Shown here one piece after another: positions 1 through 8,958 of a stretch of 64,000 nt of DNA. Every line of letters begins with the position of its first letter. Positions within the stretch are counted from its first letter, which is position 1. This DNA is from Herbinix sp. (GTDB lineage Bacteria; Bacillota; Clostridia; Lachnospirales; Lachnospiraceae): NCBI GenBank assembly GCA_029239235.1, contig JAQZBD010000010.1, positions 3,716 through 67,715 of the forward strand. The letters run 5' to 3'. The notes beneath the pieces are model-generated. The model worked only from the letters and a program-made list of their open reading frames with translations. It ran no database searches and was not told the origin of the DNA. The translations under genes and the position numbers were made by a program.

Positions 1-535
1 CGCCATCAACAACTTCCCTTGCCACCGGCTCACATATCACGGATGTATATTTAAATTCCATCGGATCTTGTTCCGGTCTTGTGAAATCCTTATTATAGCC
101 CACGGGAATCATATCATGAGAATAGTCATTAACAATCCAGGAACAATCTGATTTAATAACTTCTCCCTCGATAAATACACAGGGTAAGCCCTCCATATTC
201 GCTACAATAATATCGATGGTAACCTCCTTGGCAGGACAGGTAATGATTTCTCCAAATCGATATTTCTTTTCAATCCACTTAGGATAAGGCGGTCTTGTCC
301 CATCCGGTCCCAAGGGTGGCTCCCACTTTACATTTACATGTCCTAGTCCTTTTGCACTTGCAATAAATTGCGTATCTTCCTTCAAATTATATTTGTTTGA
401 AAACTTTATGCTATGTCTGAACTCCGCAATCTTCCAATATGCAGGCCAGAAAAAACCTCTCTCTTCTCTATCAAAGTTCTGTTTCATACCATGATAAATT
501 TCAAAATCTCCCGGATACCAAATCCAATTTGCCAT
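1..535 (-). CDS. N-terminal part of a glycoside-hydrolase-like protein (rhamnosidase/trehalase-like); the 3' end lies beyond the left edge of the window
   Basis: Absent from the ORF track because it runs off the window edge. Hand translation of the minus strand from ATG at 535-533 gives MANWIWYPGDFEIYHGMKQNFDREERGFFWPAYWKIAEF... and stays open to base 1. It lies directly downstream of the GH78 gene, after a terminator-like hairpin. Confidence 0.6.
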   Translation of the reverse strand, partial: MANWIWYPGDFEIYHGMKQNFDREERGFFWPAYWKIAEFRHSIKFSNKYNLKEDTQFIASAKGLGHVNVKWEPPLGPDGTRPPYPKWIEKKYRFGEIITCPAKEVTIDIIVANMEGLPCVFIEGEVIKSDCSWIVNDYSHDMIPVGYNKDFTRPEQDPMEFKYTSVICEPVAREVVDG

Positions 536-680
536 TACAAACCATACCTTTCTTGGCACTGCTAACTTTGAGTCGCAGTCCGATTTTTATAAAGTACTTT
601 AGAAAACATTTCGCTTTTTAAAGATTTATCTTCCTACTGCCACAACCGGGCTCTTCTCTTACTATCAAAATTATAACAAT

Positions 681-705
681 AAAAGCAGGGCGCTGACAGC
701 GCCCT
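681..705 (-). terminator. Rho-independent terminator downstream of the GH78 gene
   Basis: Hairpin agggcgc-tgaca-gcgccct (687-705). On the minus strand it is followed by a T-rich tail (complement of aaaagc/ttataacaat). Confidence 0.6.
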
Positions 706-836
706 AACTCATATCTTCCAGACAAAACCACGCCCAAAATCAAGTTACTTAAATTATTTTTATATATTCATCCCTTAGAACTATCTATATCAGTTTCTGT
801 CTGCGCCTTGACTTTTTCACCAAGAACTTTCCATGC

Positions 837-3635
837 TTATACGATGGTTTTCAATTTCAAATCAATCTCCTCTAACAACTCCTTCGGAATCGGCTTCGGC
901 ATATATTTTAGAAGATCATACAAGCTTGCCTTGTACATATCCTTCGGTAACTTAGTAAACATCGGATTAACCTCCAGCAGCACCGCCTTCGTCGCATCAT
1001 AGGCCAGTAATTCACCAATACTTAATTGTAAGGAGTAAACTTTTCTCATAAGTTTTGTCGTAGCGTATTCGATATGATAAGTTCCACTTTCCAGAATACA
1101 CTGATAACCGTCTCCCGACTTTTCAAGCTTATTAAACATGGAGTTATCCTTCTGTTCATAGATATCCTCTGGTGCATAAGGTAAGGTCAGATATGCTGTG
1201 CCACCAAAGGGCACGGTAATATCCAGGCTTAATCCAAAGCTTGGTGTTATTTCCCACTTGCTCTTATATACACCAATAGGGGAATCAAAGGCAGCTTCCG
1301 CTTTCTTTAACCTATAATCCGGCTTTGGTACCAGCTTTACCTCCCGGAAGCCCGGCTTTGACAGAATTGGATTAATACCTGCCACATGCCGGTACATCCA
1401 TTCTACAATAGAGCCGTAGGAATAGTGATTCAGAGAGTTCATCCCTGTTGAGCTGAAGTTCCCATTTTGGTCGAGAGAATTCCATCGCTCCCAGATGGTG
1501 GTTGCGCCAAGCTTTACCGCATATAACCACCCTGGGTAATCCTCGTTCACTAATAGGGTATAGGCGATCTCATTCATTCCATTCTCAGAAAGCACATTGC
1601 ATAGTAAAGGCGTTCCAACAAAGCCTGTTTCTAATTTAAATCCATTTATTTTAAAATCCTTAAGGAGATCCTCTACGATCCGTCGCTTATCCATGGCAAT
1701 GTCAAAGTTGAGTGCGGTCACATATCCGGTTTGAGTCGTAATGCAGGGTCTTCCTGTTGCTGAGAAATATTCCTGCTTCAGCTCCAGTAATAAATTCTTT
1801 GCTCTCTCCTCATATAGTTTTTCATCCTCTGCTTTGCCTAGGATTTCACCTGCCTTTGATACCAGCAGGGTTGAGTAATAGTAATACAGTGTTGCAATAT
1901 ATCCGGTATCCGTGGCTCCAATAGGTGAATCCGGATCCTTCGAATCAAGTGCCAGCCAGTCACCATAGTGGAATTTCTTTCTCCACTGCCACTCTTCACC
2001 GTTCGTTTTTCTTATATAGTCTACCCATGCCTTCATGCTGTCATATTGCTCTTCTAAGATTGTTTTGTCACCATAGAATTGATACACCACCCATGGAATT
2101 ATGGTTGCTGCATCTCCCCATACCGCACTGGTTCCCTGCTGCCCGCAGGCAGGAATAACATCAGGTACGGCACCAGCTCTTAACTTCTGCTCTTCATACA
2201 TATCATAAAGATATTTCTTATAGAAGGCATAGCTATCCATCTGAAAGCAAGCAGTTGGCGCAAATACCTGGGCATCCCCAGTCCATCCCAGACGCTCATC
2301 TCTTTGAGGGCAATCCGTTGGAACATCCAGAAAATTGCTCTTCTGACCCCACTTTGCATTGAGTATCAACCGATTCACCAAGGGGTGATCCGTTTCAAAG
2401 CTTCCTGCCTCCTCCAGATCAGAATAGAGAACTAAGCCCGTGTAATCCTCTATCGAAAAATTAGTGAAGCCCTCCAGCTTAACATATCGATAACCATAGA
2501 AGGTGAAGTGAGGTCTGACGATTTGCTGAGTTCCATCAGATATATATGTATACTCCGCCTTTGCTGTTCTTAAATTCGTGTTATAAAAACACCCCTCCTG
2601 AAGCTCCTCACCAAAATACAGCTTGACCTGATTACCCCTCGGTTCCTGTACCCTCAGGCTAAACCACCCACTATGATTCTGTCCCAGATCAAGAATGGTT
2701 TCTCCCTTTGGAGATGTGATTAAATTGACAGGCTTTATCGTCTCCTTTACCTTGATGGGAAGGCTGAGACGTTCTGTAAGTCTAGCCATTCGCTTCTCAT
2801 ATAGCTTTATAGGATGTACTGTTGAATCTTCCAAGGTTTCATCATAAACCTCGCCATCATAAATTGTGCTGGCTGTAATCTTACTCTTTCTGGCCTGCCA
2901 GCTTTCATCGGATATGATGAGCTCAGTTTTGCCATCCACATATTCTATTTTTAACTCACTGATTAATGTAAAGGTATCACCATATAACCCTTTATCTGCA
3001 TCAGTTGGATTATTCAGTCCAAAACGTCCCTTATACCAACCGTTACCAAGAAGTACATCAAGCTGTATCGTATCCTCTGTCAGCAGATCTGTTATATCAT
3101 AGGTCTGATACTGAATCCAGGCATCATAATTATTGTAATAAGGCGTCAGGCATTCCTCGGATATTTTCTTCCCATTAATATATGCCTCGTATAGACCTAG
3201 CCCTGAGATATAGAGTCGGGCTTTCTTCACCTTTCCTTTTAGTTCAAAGCATTTAAAGAAGTAAGGATGAGTTCCTACATTTAAATCAGAGCTAATCCAT
3301 TTACCACTCCACTCCTCCTGCCCCTTACCGGTTTCAAACCAGGCCACCTGACTTTTCGTGGTTTCCCCCTCATCCGTGGTTACGGTTACCGTCCAGTAAT
3401 ATCTAGTACATGGTTCCAATTCCATTGGCACGGTATAGGAAATACTATCGATCTCCTTGGATTCTCCGCTATCATAGACCGGTTGTGACATATCAGGATC
3501 AAGGGATACTATAACCCTTGCCGATATTTGTTTTTTCCCTTTCGCATCGATTACCTTATAAGAAAGTACCGGTTTCGTTATCATAAATCCTAGGGGATTA
3601 ACGACATGATTCGTTTTCATTTGAATTATTTCCAT
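837..3635 (-). CDS. alpha-L-rhamnosidase, glycoside hydrolase family 78
   Basis: A 932-aa ORF. The motif block VPTDCPQRDERLGWTGDAQVF and the overall length and layout are typical of bacterial GH78 rhamnosidases. A GGAGGG Shine-Dalgarno lies 6 nt before the ATG at 3635. Confidence 0.9.
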   Translation of the reverse strand: MEIIQMKTNHVVNPLGFMITKPVLSYKVIDAKGKKQISARVIVSLDPDMSQPVYDSGESKEIDSISYTVPMELEPCTRYYWTVTVTTDEGETTKSQVAWFETGKGQEEWSGKWISSDLNVGTHPYFFKCFELKGKVKKARLYISGLGLYEAYINGKKISEECLTPYYNNYDAWIQYQTYDITDLLTEDTIQLDVLLGNGWYKGRFGLNNPTDADKGLYGDTFTLISELKIEYVDGKTELIISDESWQARKSKITASTIYDGEVYDETLEDSTVHPIKLYEKRMARLTERLSLPIKVKETIKPVNLITSPKGETILDLGQNHSGWFSLRVQEPRGNQVKLYFGEELQEGCFYNTNLRTAKAEYTYISDGTQQIVRPHFTFYGYRYVKLEGFTNFSIEDYTGLVLYSDLEEAGSFETDHPLVNRLILNAKWGQKSNFLDVPTDCPQRDERLGWTGDAQVFAPTACFQMDSYAFYKKYLYDMYEEQKLRAGAVPDVIPACGQQGTSAVWGDAATIIPWVVYQFYGDKTILEEQYDSMKAWVDYIRKTNGEEWQWRKKFHYGDWLALDSKDPDSPIGATDTGYIATLYYYYSTLLVSKAGEILGKAEDEKLYEERAKNLLLELKQEYFSATGRPCITTQTGYVTALNFDIAMDKRRIVEDLLKDFKINGFKLETGFVGTPLLCNVLSENGMNEIAYTLLVNEDYPGWLYAVKLGATTIWERWNSLDQNGNFSSTGMNSLNHYSYGSIVEWMYRHVAGINPILSKPGFREVKLVPKPDYRLKKAEAAFDSPIGVYKSKWEITPSFGLSLDITVPFGGTAYLTLPYAPEDIYEQKDNSMFNKLEKSGDGYQCILESGTYHIEYATTKLMRKVYSLQLSIGELLAYDATKAVLLEVNPMFTKLPKDMYKASLYDLLKYMPKPIPKELLEEIDLKLKTIV

Positions 3636-3990
3636 ACTATTCCCTCCATTACCTTTCCTTTTTCCTTCTTCTAAAAAATATTAACTCCACATTATGTTTT
3701 CGTGAATTCTTGTTCAATTTTATAATGTATAACTCTATTTTACATAGAAGGGAAGGTGAAAACTATGTACGAATCAGCCATATGAAATTTGCTTTTTCAG
3801 ACATTCCTTTTCCAAATTGCTTTTTCTCCTGAGGAATGTTAGTATAGTAGAATATTTACACATTATAACAGGAGCATGATTACCATGTCATGCTTTGGCT
3901 TAAGCAGTCGTCAGTATTTATTATTTGATTCATTAATGGAAAGGAAATGTAGGCGAATCCCCTGAGGTTTCAATTGCATAGGATACCGTC

Positions 3991-5046
3991 GTGAGTAAAT
4001 TTGATATAGAGAAAGAACTGCAGTTATCTCTAATAGAAGAAATGATGAAAATATTCTATTTACAATTAATGAACCCCCATGCCGATCATAAGTTACCATT
4101 ATTTCTTACTGAAAGCTCCGCAAAGGAATATGGGCATATCTATAAAAATGTAGGCGCTCCTCCTTCTCTAGATCAACTGGATACTTATACCGAGGAAGCC
4201 TACATCCCCGCCGGCAGTGACGTATCCATTATTAAACATAGCCGCTACTCTCCTGCCAATTTTCATTCCCATGACTTCTTTGAAATACTTTGTGTCCTGC
4301 ATGGAAGCTGTACCAATTATATCTCCTCCCATACGCTGGAGATGAAGGAAGGTGACATTTGTATCATCGCTCCAAAGACACTGCATTCCCTTCGTGCCTA
4401 TCAGGATGATTTCGTAGGTTTTAATCTCCTGCTCCGCAGCAGTACCTTTGATAAAGCTTTTTTTGGAACCTTGGCTGAAAAGGACATCCTTGCAAGCTTT
4501 TTTTCCAAAACCCTATATGGAACGGATATTGAGGAATCTTATATTCTATTTCATACTTTGGGTGACGAAGAGTTGAAGGGTTATATTATTATGGTGCTAG
4601 AAGAGTACTTTGGAACCCGAAGCTATAAAGAACGGATGCTTAATTCCATTCTGAACATGTTCTTTATAACCCTATTAAGAAATCATGAAAAGGCTGCTAT
4701 TACCCCTCATCCGGAGGGAAAAGAGCCTGACAAGAAAATCATATCCATATTAAATTATATACAAAATAATTATAAAACCGTATCCATGCCTGAGCTTTCA
4801 ACGAAGTTTAATTATAGTGAACGTCATATCACCCGGCTTCTTAAGGAATATACCGGTGATACTTTTTTGGAAATATTACAAAGAACTAGAATTCAAAAAG
4901 CTGCTAACCTTTTAACAAATCCGGATTTAACCATTCAAGATATCATTGAACTGATCGGATACACGGACATTAGTCACTTCTATCGGGTTTTCCGAAAATA
5001 TTATCATATGACACCCATCCAATACCGGGAAAACAGTCTCCCTTGA
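3991..5046 (+). CDS. AraC family transcriptional regulator (cupin sensor domain plus C-terminal HTH)
   Basis: C-terminal AraC-type double HTH (SMPELSTKFNYSERHITRLLKEYTGDTF ... IQDIIELIGYTDISHFYRVFRKYYHMTPIQYR) and a cupin-like HSHDFFEILCVLHG segment. Transcribed divergently from the GH78 gene. The start is uncertain: the GTG at 3991 has no clear SD. Confidence 0.85.
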   Translation: MSKFDIEKELQLSLIEEMMKIFYLQLMNPHADHKLPLFLTESSAKEYGHIYKNVGAPPSLDQLDTYTEEAYIPAGSDVSIIKHSRYSPANFHSHDFFEILCVLHGSCTNYISSHTLEMKEGDICIIAPKTLHSLRAYQDDFVGFNLLLRSSTFDKAFFGTLAEKDILASFFSKTLYGTDIEESYILFHTLGDEELKGYIIMVLEEYFGTRSYKERMLNSILNMFFITLLRNHEKAAITPHPEGKEPDKKIISILNYIQNNYKTVSMPELSTKFNYSERHITRLLKEYTGDTFLEILQRTRIQKAANLLTNPDLTIQDIIELIGYTDISHFYRVFRKYYHMTPIQYRENSLP

Positions 5047-5125
5047 AGAGCTTCTTGCTTGTATGTTATTCTTATGAATACATATTAAAAAAATAATAAT
5101 TCCAGACTGATCCAATTCACACAAA

Positions 5126-5188
5126 TGATAAGAGCGGTTTGAAACTTTTATTGATTAACTCATTGAAAGTTTCGCACCGCTCTTATCA
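5126..5188. terminator. Long hairpin between convergent genes (AraC, MCP), likely a bidirectional terminator
   Basis: tgataagagcgg (5126-5137) pairs with ccgctcttatca (5177-5188). There is an inner stem tgaaacttt/aaagtttcg. Confidence 0.6.
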
Positions 5189-5216
5189 CTATTTATACTA
5201 ATTTACAATTTCTTTA

Positions 5217-7388
5217 TCACACCTTAAACTTCTCAACCGCATCTACAAGCACACTTGAATGATTGTTAAGATTGTCTGCTGATTTATTCAGGATCTCAAC
5301 AGAGGTCAGCTGATCAGTTGCTGTCTGATTCACCGTATTTGAGGATGCTGCAATCTCTTCCAATACAGCAGAGATACTCTCAATTGCACCCAAGGTACTA
5401 ACCCTTGCCTCTTCGATGTTGTCCACATTTTCAGAAATTTGTTTTAAGTATACAACTAGATCCTCTACGCTTTCATTAATTGTTTTGTAGGATTCAGTTG
5501 TATTCTTTACCGCACTTTCCTGCAAACGCATTACCGTTTCTGCTTGTCTTGCGGTTGTTACCGCGCTTTCCGTATCCTTTTGAATTCCCTCAATGATAGC
5601 CTTAATATTGTTAACTGAATCCTTCGATTGGTCAGCTAAAGCTCTGATCTCACTGGCTACTACGGCAAAGCCCTTGCCCGCCTCACCGGCTCTGGCTGCT
5701 TCGATGGATGCATTTAAGGATAATAGATTCGTTTGGTTCGCTATCTCATTAATTACATTAATAATCTTATTAATTGATGTAGACTTTTTCTCCAGACTCT
5801 GGATTTCCTCAATAATATCTGCACAAATTCTTGTTGTCTCAATGGTTTGCTTGTTCAAATCATCCGTAGTAATGGTACCCTGCTGTACATTTCTCTTTGT
5901 ACTCTCGGCAATTTGACTGATTTCCTTAGTATTATCACTAACCAGTACTATCTTCTTTGACAAATTATCCATCTGACTTAAGCATTCTTCTGCATCCTTT
6001 GCCTGCTGCATTACACCTGATTCAATTTCGTTCATTGCAACTGAGATTTCCTCTGTTGATTTTAAGAAATTCTTTGAAGTTCCGGTCACATTCTCAGAAG
6101 ACAAGGACACTTCCGTACTTAGCTGCTTCACCTGCTGAATTAAATTTTTCATATTGGAGAAGGTATTTTGAATCTCTTCCACCAGTATCTTGAATTCATC
6201 CGTACGCTTGGTATTAAAGTCAACAGTTAAATCACCCTTTGCCGCAATTTTTAGATTTGCGATGATGCTCTTGATGACCTTAGCAATTCCTGCAGAAATT
6301 GAAATTGCTGTGCCTGCTGCTACTATGATAGAAATTAAAACTACGACTATGGTTGTAGCCTTGATGCTGTCTGCCTGACTCACGATAGTAGCTCTTGGCA
6401 CTAATCCACAGATGATAGCTCCGCTATCCCCTATTTTGGAATACATAAACATATAATCCTGACCCTTGTATTCTACTAACTCGGATTTTTTCATCTCCTC
6501 AGAAGCAATTGCTTTCTTGTAAAACTCCTCATCTGTAAATACCGGCTCAGCCTCGTTATCGGAATCTGACGCTGCTTGTGTTACCTTATCGCCATCTGTG
6601 GTATTTGTCGGCATAATTTCCTTCCCATCGGGAGTTACCATGCACAAAAGACCATCAAACTCAAGGTTATTTAATACCTCTTTTACTGCATCCATCTTCA
6701 CATCAATAATAAGAATCGCATTTGTTCCTGGAATCATACGAACCATTCTCATAGCATATTCATCTGAGTTTACGGATAAATGCTCATCCAAATAAGCATC
6801 GCTGCCGATCCATGTGACCTTCATCTTATTTTCTTTGACACTCTTTCCAAAGTCTGTTTCTAAAAATCCCGCATAGGAATCCGGATTAGTGGTGGAAAGT
6901 GTAGAAACTGGAGTATACCGATCAGATAAAACAAATAAGTCTCCAATAAATTTATCTGTCATTTTCTTCGCTGTAAATTGGTTACTAATATCTGTTAACA
7001 TGGAACTCTTCTCAATAACATCATTGTCGTAGAACCCTACGAAAAATTTCTTTAGTGAGGCATCATTACTATACTGATTGCCTGTTGCTTTAATGGAATC
7101 AAAGCCAAAGCTTAAATAATCTCCCGCCATATCTAAGGCTTGACTAGTTGACTTTTCATAGCTGGAAGTAATACCGCCGGAAGCTTGCTGAAACGATACC
7201 ACACCTAGTATTATAATAAATACGACTGGTACCATAAATGCGGCTATCAGGCGAACACGAATCGTCCTGAATAGTTTATTATCCATCAACTTATGTAACC
7301 ACTGCTTTCCTTTCTTAATTGCTTTTTTGTTCTCCATACCCTGAACAGTTTTTCGCAATTTAACTAGACCATTGCCTGTTTTCTTCAT
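5217..7388 (-). CDS. methyl-accepting chemotaxis protein
   Basis: A 723-aa ORF with two TM segments flanking a periplasmic-type sensor domain, a HAMP-like region, and the highly conserved MCP signalling hairpin NQTNLLSLNASIEAARAGEAGKGFAVVASEIRALA. An AAGGAGG SD precedes the start. Confidence 0.92.
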   Translation of the reverse strand: MKKTGNGLVKLRKTVQGMENKKAIKKGKQWLHKLMDNKLFRTIRVRLIAAFMVPVVFIIILGVVSFQQASGGITSSYEKSTSQALDMAGDYLSFGFDSIKATGNQYSNDASLKKFFVGFYDNDVIEKSSMLTDISNQFTAKKMTDKFIGDLFVLSDRYTPVSTLSTTNPDSYAGFLETDFGKSVKENKMKVTWIGSDAYLDEHLSVNSDEYAMRMVRMIPGTNAILIIDVKMDAVKEVLNNLEFDGLLCMVTPDGKEIMPTNTTDGDKVTQAASDSDNEAEPVFTDEEFYKKAIASEEMKKSELVEYKGQDYMFMYSKIGDSGAIICGLVPRATIVSQADSIKATTIVVVLISIIVAAGTAISISAGIAKVIKSIIANLKIAAKGDLTVDFNTKRTDEFKILVEEIQNTFSNMKNLIQQVKQLSTEVSLSSENVTGTSKNFLKSTEEISVAMNEIESGVMQQAKDAEECLSQMDNLSKKIVLVSDNTKEISQIAESTKRNVQQGTITTDDLNKQTIETTRICADIIEEIQSLEKKSTSINKIINVINEIANQTNLLSLNASIEAARAGEAGKGFAVVASEIRALADQSKDSVNNIKAIIEGIQKDTESAVTTARQAETVMRLQESAVKNTTESYKTINESVEDLVVYLKQISENVDNIEEARVSTLGAIESISAVLEEIAASSNTVNQTATDQLTSVEILNKSADNLNNHSSVLVDAVEKFKV

Positions 7389-7951
7389 TGTTCATCCTCC
7401 TTGTTTCTTACTGGTTCTAAAAAGAACCCCTCTTCCCCTTTGTAAAGCCTCTCTCGATTCATGTAGTAGTATTAATGACCGCCTCGAAATTAATAAACGT
7501 CAATAACGATTCATATTTTATAGGAAATACATAAAAAAATCAATATATTTTTGTAATTTATTTACATATTTCACTTGGAAATCTAACTTATTATTTTACG
7601 AAATTTACTAAATATTTTTGTGCATATTACCCCAGCCATGATTTTATTACATCAATTTGAACAAATATTTACATCCTCTCAGAGTTAAAAATACAATTCT
7701 TCCCACATGGTTAACAACATTCTACGTTGTATTTTCACAACGTGAATTAAAATAATATCTATTAACACTATTATGGTATATCAGCTTTATCTCCGAGCAC
7801 AATCATTGACATTTATGATAGTCTATTTCTTATTATATAATATTTTTTGCATATTTTCAACAAAATAACTTAATTTTCAACCTTATTACCTATAAGATAA
7901 ATTTCAATTGCATAATGCTGTTTCACTAAAAACATTTTAGAACAAAAGAAT

Positions 7952-7983
7952 CAGAGCCCACTCACTTAAGTGAATAGGCTCTG
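7952..7983 (-). terminator. Terminator after the MarR-like gene
   Basis: cagagcc (7952-7958) pairs with ggctctg (7977-7983). On the minus strand it is followed by attcttttgttc. Confidence 0.55.
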
Positions 7984-7998
7984 TCTTATACTTTTATC

Positions 7999-8778
7999 CT
8001 AATTATGATCATGATGCTCATGCTTTCCATGTTTGCGATTTCCATGTCCGTGCCTTCCATGTCCAGATTTCCCATCCTCGCAATGATCATTGCCGCATTT
8101 TAATTCTTTTGCTGTTACAAAGATTTCTTCCCAACTGGTTACTAATTTTGATAATAATGCCTTGAGACTTTCCTGTTCTTCTTCACTAAGAGCTTGCAAT
8201 AGCTGAGCCTCACCCAATTCAGATCTTTGACTAATCTCATTTAGCTTTTCCCGCCCAAGTTCAGTCAATCTTAATTTTGTCATTCTCTTATCAGCATTAT
8301 CTTTAATTCTATCCAGATAACCTTTGCTTTCCATTTTGATTACAATCTCGCTCATAGATCCTGATTTGATTTCCAACTGCTTCTGAACATCTTTTTGGCT
8401 TAATTCTTCATTGTCTTTGAGGATTCTCAAAATCTTTTCCTGCCCTCGCTTGCCCCCACGTTTGTGATGCATGAAATGTCCCGCCTTACTGATCAAAGCA
8501 AGTAATTCATTTTCCTGACAAGCCTCCAACTCTACGAACCCATGTCCTCTATGCCTGCCCTGATGTTCTTTATGTTCTTTATGTTCTTTATATTCTTTAT
8601 ATTCTTTATGCTGCTCTTTTTGATGTTTACCCATAGTTACCTCCTTGGAAGCTATTAACTCTATCTCATATTTATTTTCTGTAGATTTAAAATAAGCTCG
8701 TCCCTTTTTACAATGCAGGTCGTCTACCGGACAATGCCTTTTACACAAATCACATCTTTCTTTCACATTATTACCCAC
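7999..8778 (-). CDS. MarR-family winged-helix regulator with an N-terminal Cys4 motif and two His-rich tracts
   Basis: Central MarR-type wHTH (ILRILKDNEELSQKDVQKQLEIKSGSMSEIVIKMESKGYLDRIKDNADKRMTKLRLTELGREKL). The N-terminus has CDLCKRHCPVDDLHC. His-rich tracts are HQKEQHKEYKEYKEHKEHKEHQGRHRGHG and, at the C-terminus, GHGRHGHGNRKHGKHEHHDHN. The ORF opens at GTG 8787, but the AAGGAG SD is best spaced (8 nt) for the GTG at 8778. Confidence 0.8.
   Translation of the reverse strand: MGNNVKERCDLCKRHCPVDDLHCKKGRAYFKSTENKYEIELIASKEVTMGKHQKEQHKEYKEYKEHKEHKEHQGRHRGHGFVELEACQENELLALISKAGHFMHHKRGGKRGQEKILRILKDNEELSQKDVQKQLEIKSGSMSEIVIKMESKGYLDRIKDNADKRMTKLRLTELGREKLNEISQRSELGEAQLLQALSEEEQESLKALLSKLVTSWEEIFVTAKELKCGNDHCEDGKSGHGRHGHGNRKHGKHEHHDHN
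8563..8607. repeat. 9-bp in-frame microsatellite (5 units) inside the MarR-like gene
   Basis: atgttcttt x3 then atattcttt x2. These encode the (K-E-H/Y)n tract. Confidence 0.9.
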
Positions 8779-8958
8779 AAGAACCACTCCTTTCGATTTG
8801 TGCTAAGGATAACCCTATTATTATCTGTATTTGCCAAAAGTGTCTTGAAATAATAATATCTCCTCTCCTCGGAATTGTCAAGGTACCTTGCATTATTTCA
8901 TCTACAGTTTTAGGCTATTATTAGCCAATCAAAAGATGTAGCGATAAGAAGATTGGTT

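Noticed and set aside
439-1002. Plus-strand ORFs 439-621 and 808-1002 at the left end
   Set aside because: The first is antisense to the hand-translated GH-like gene (1-535). The second overlaps the 3' end of the GH78 gene. Neither has an SD or recognisable motifs.
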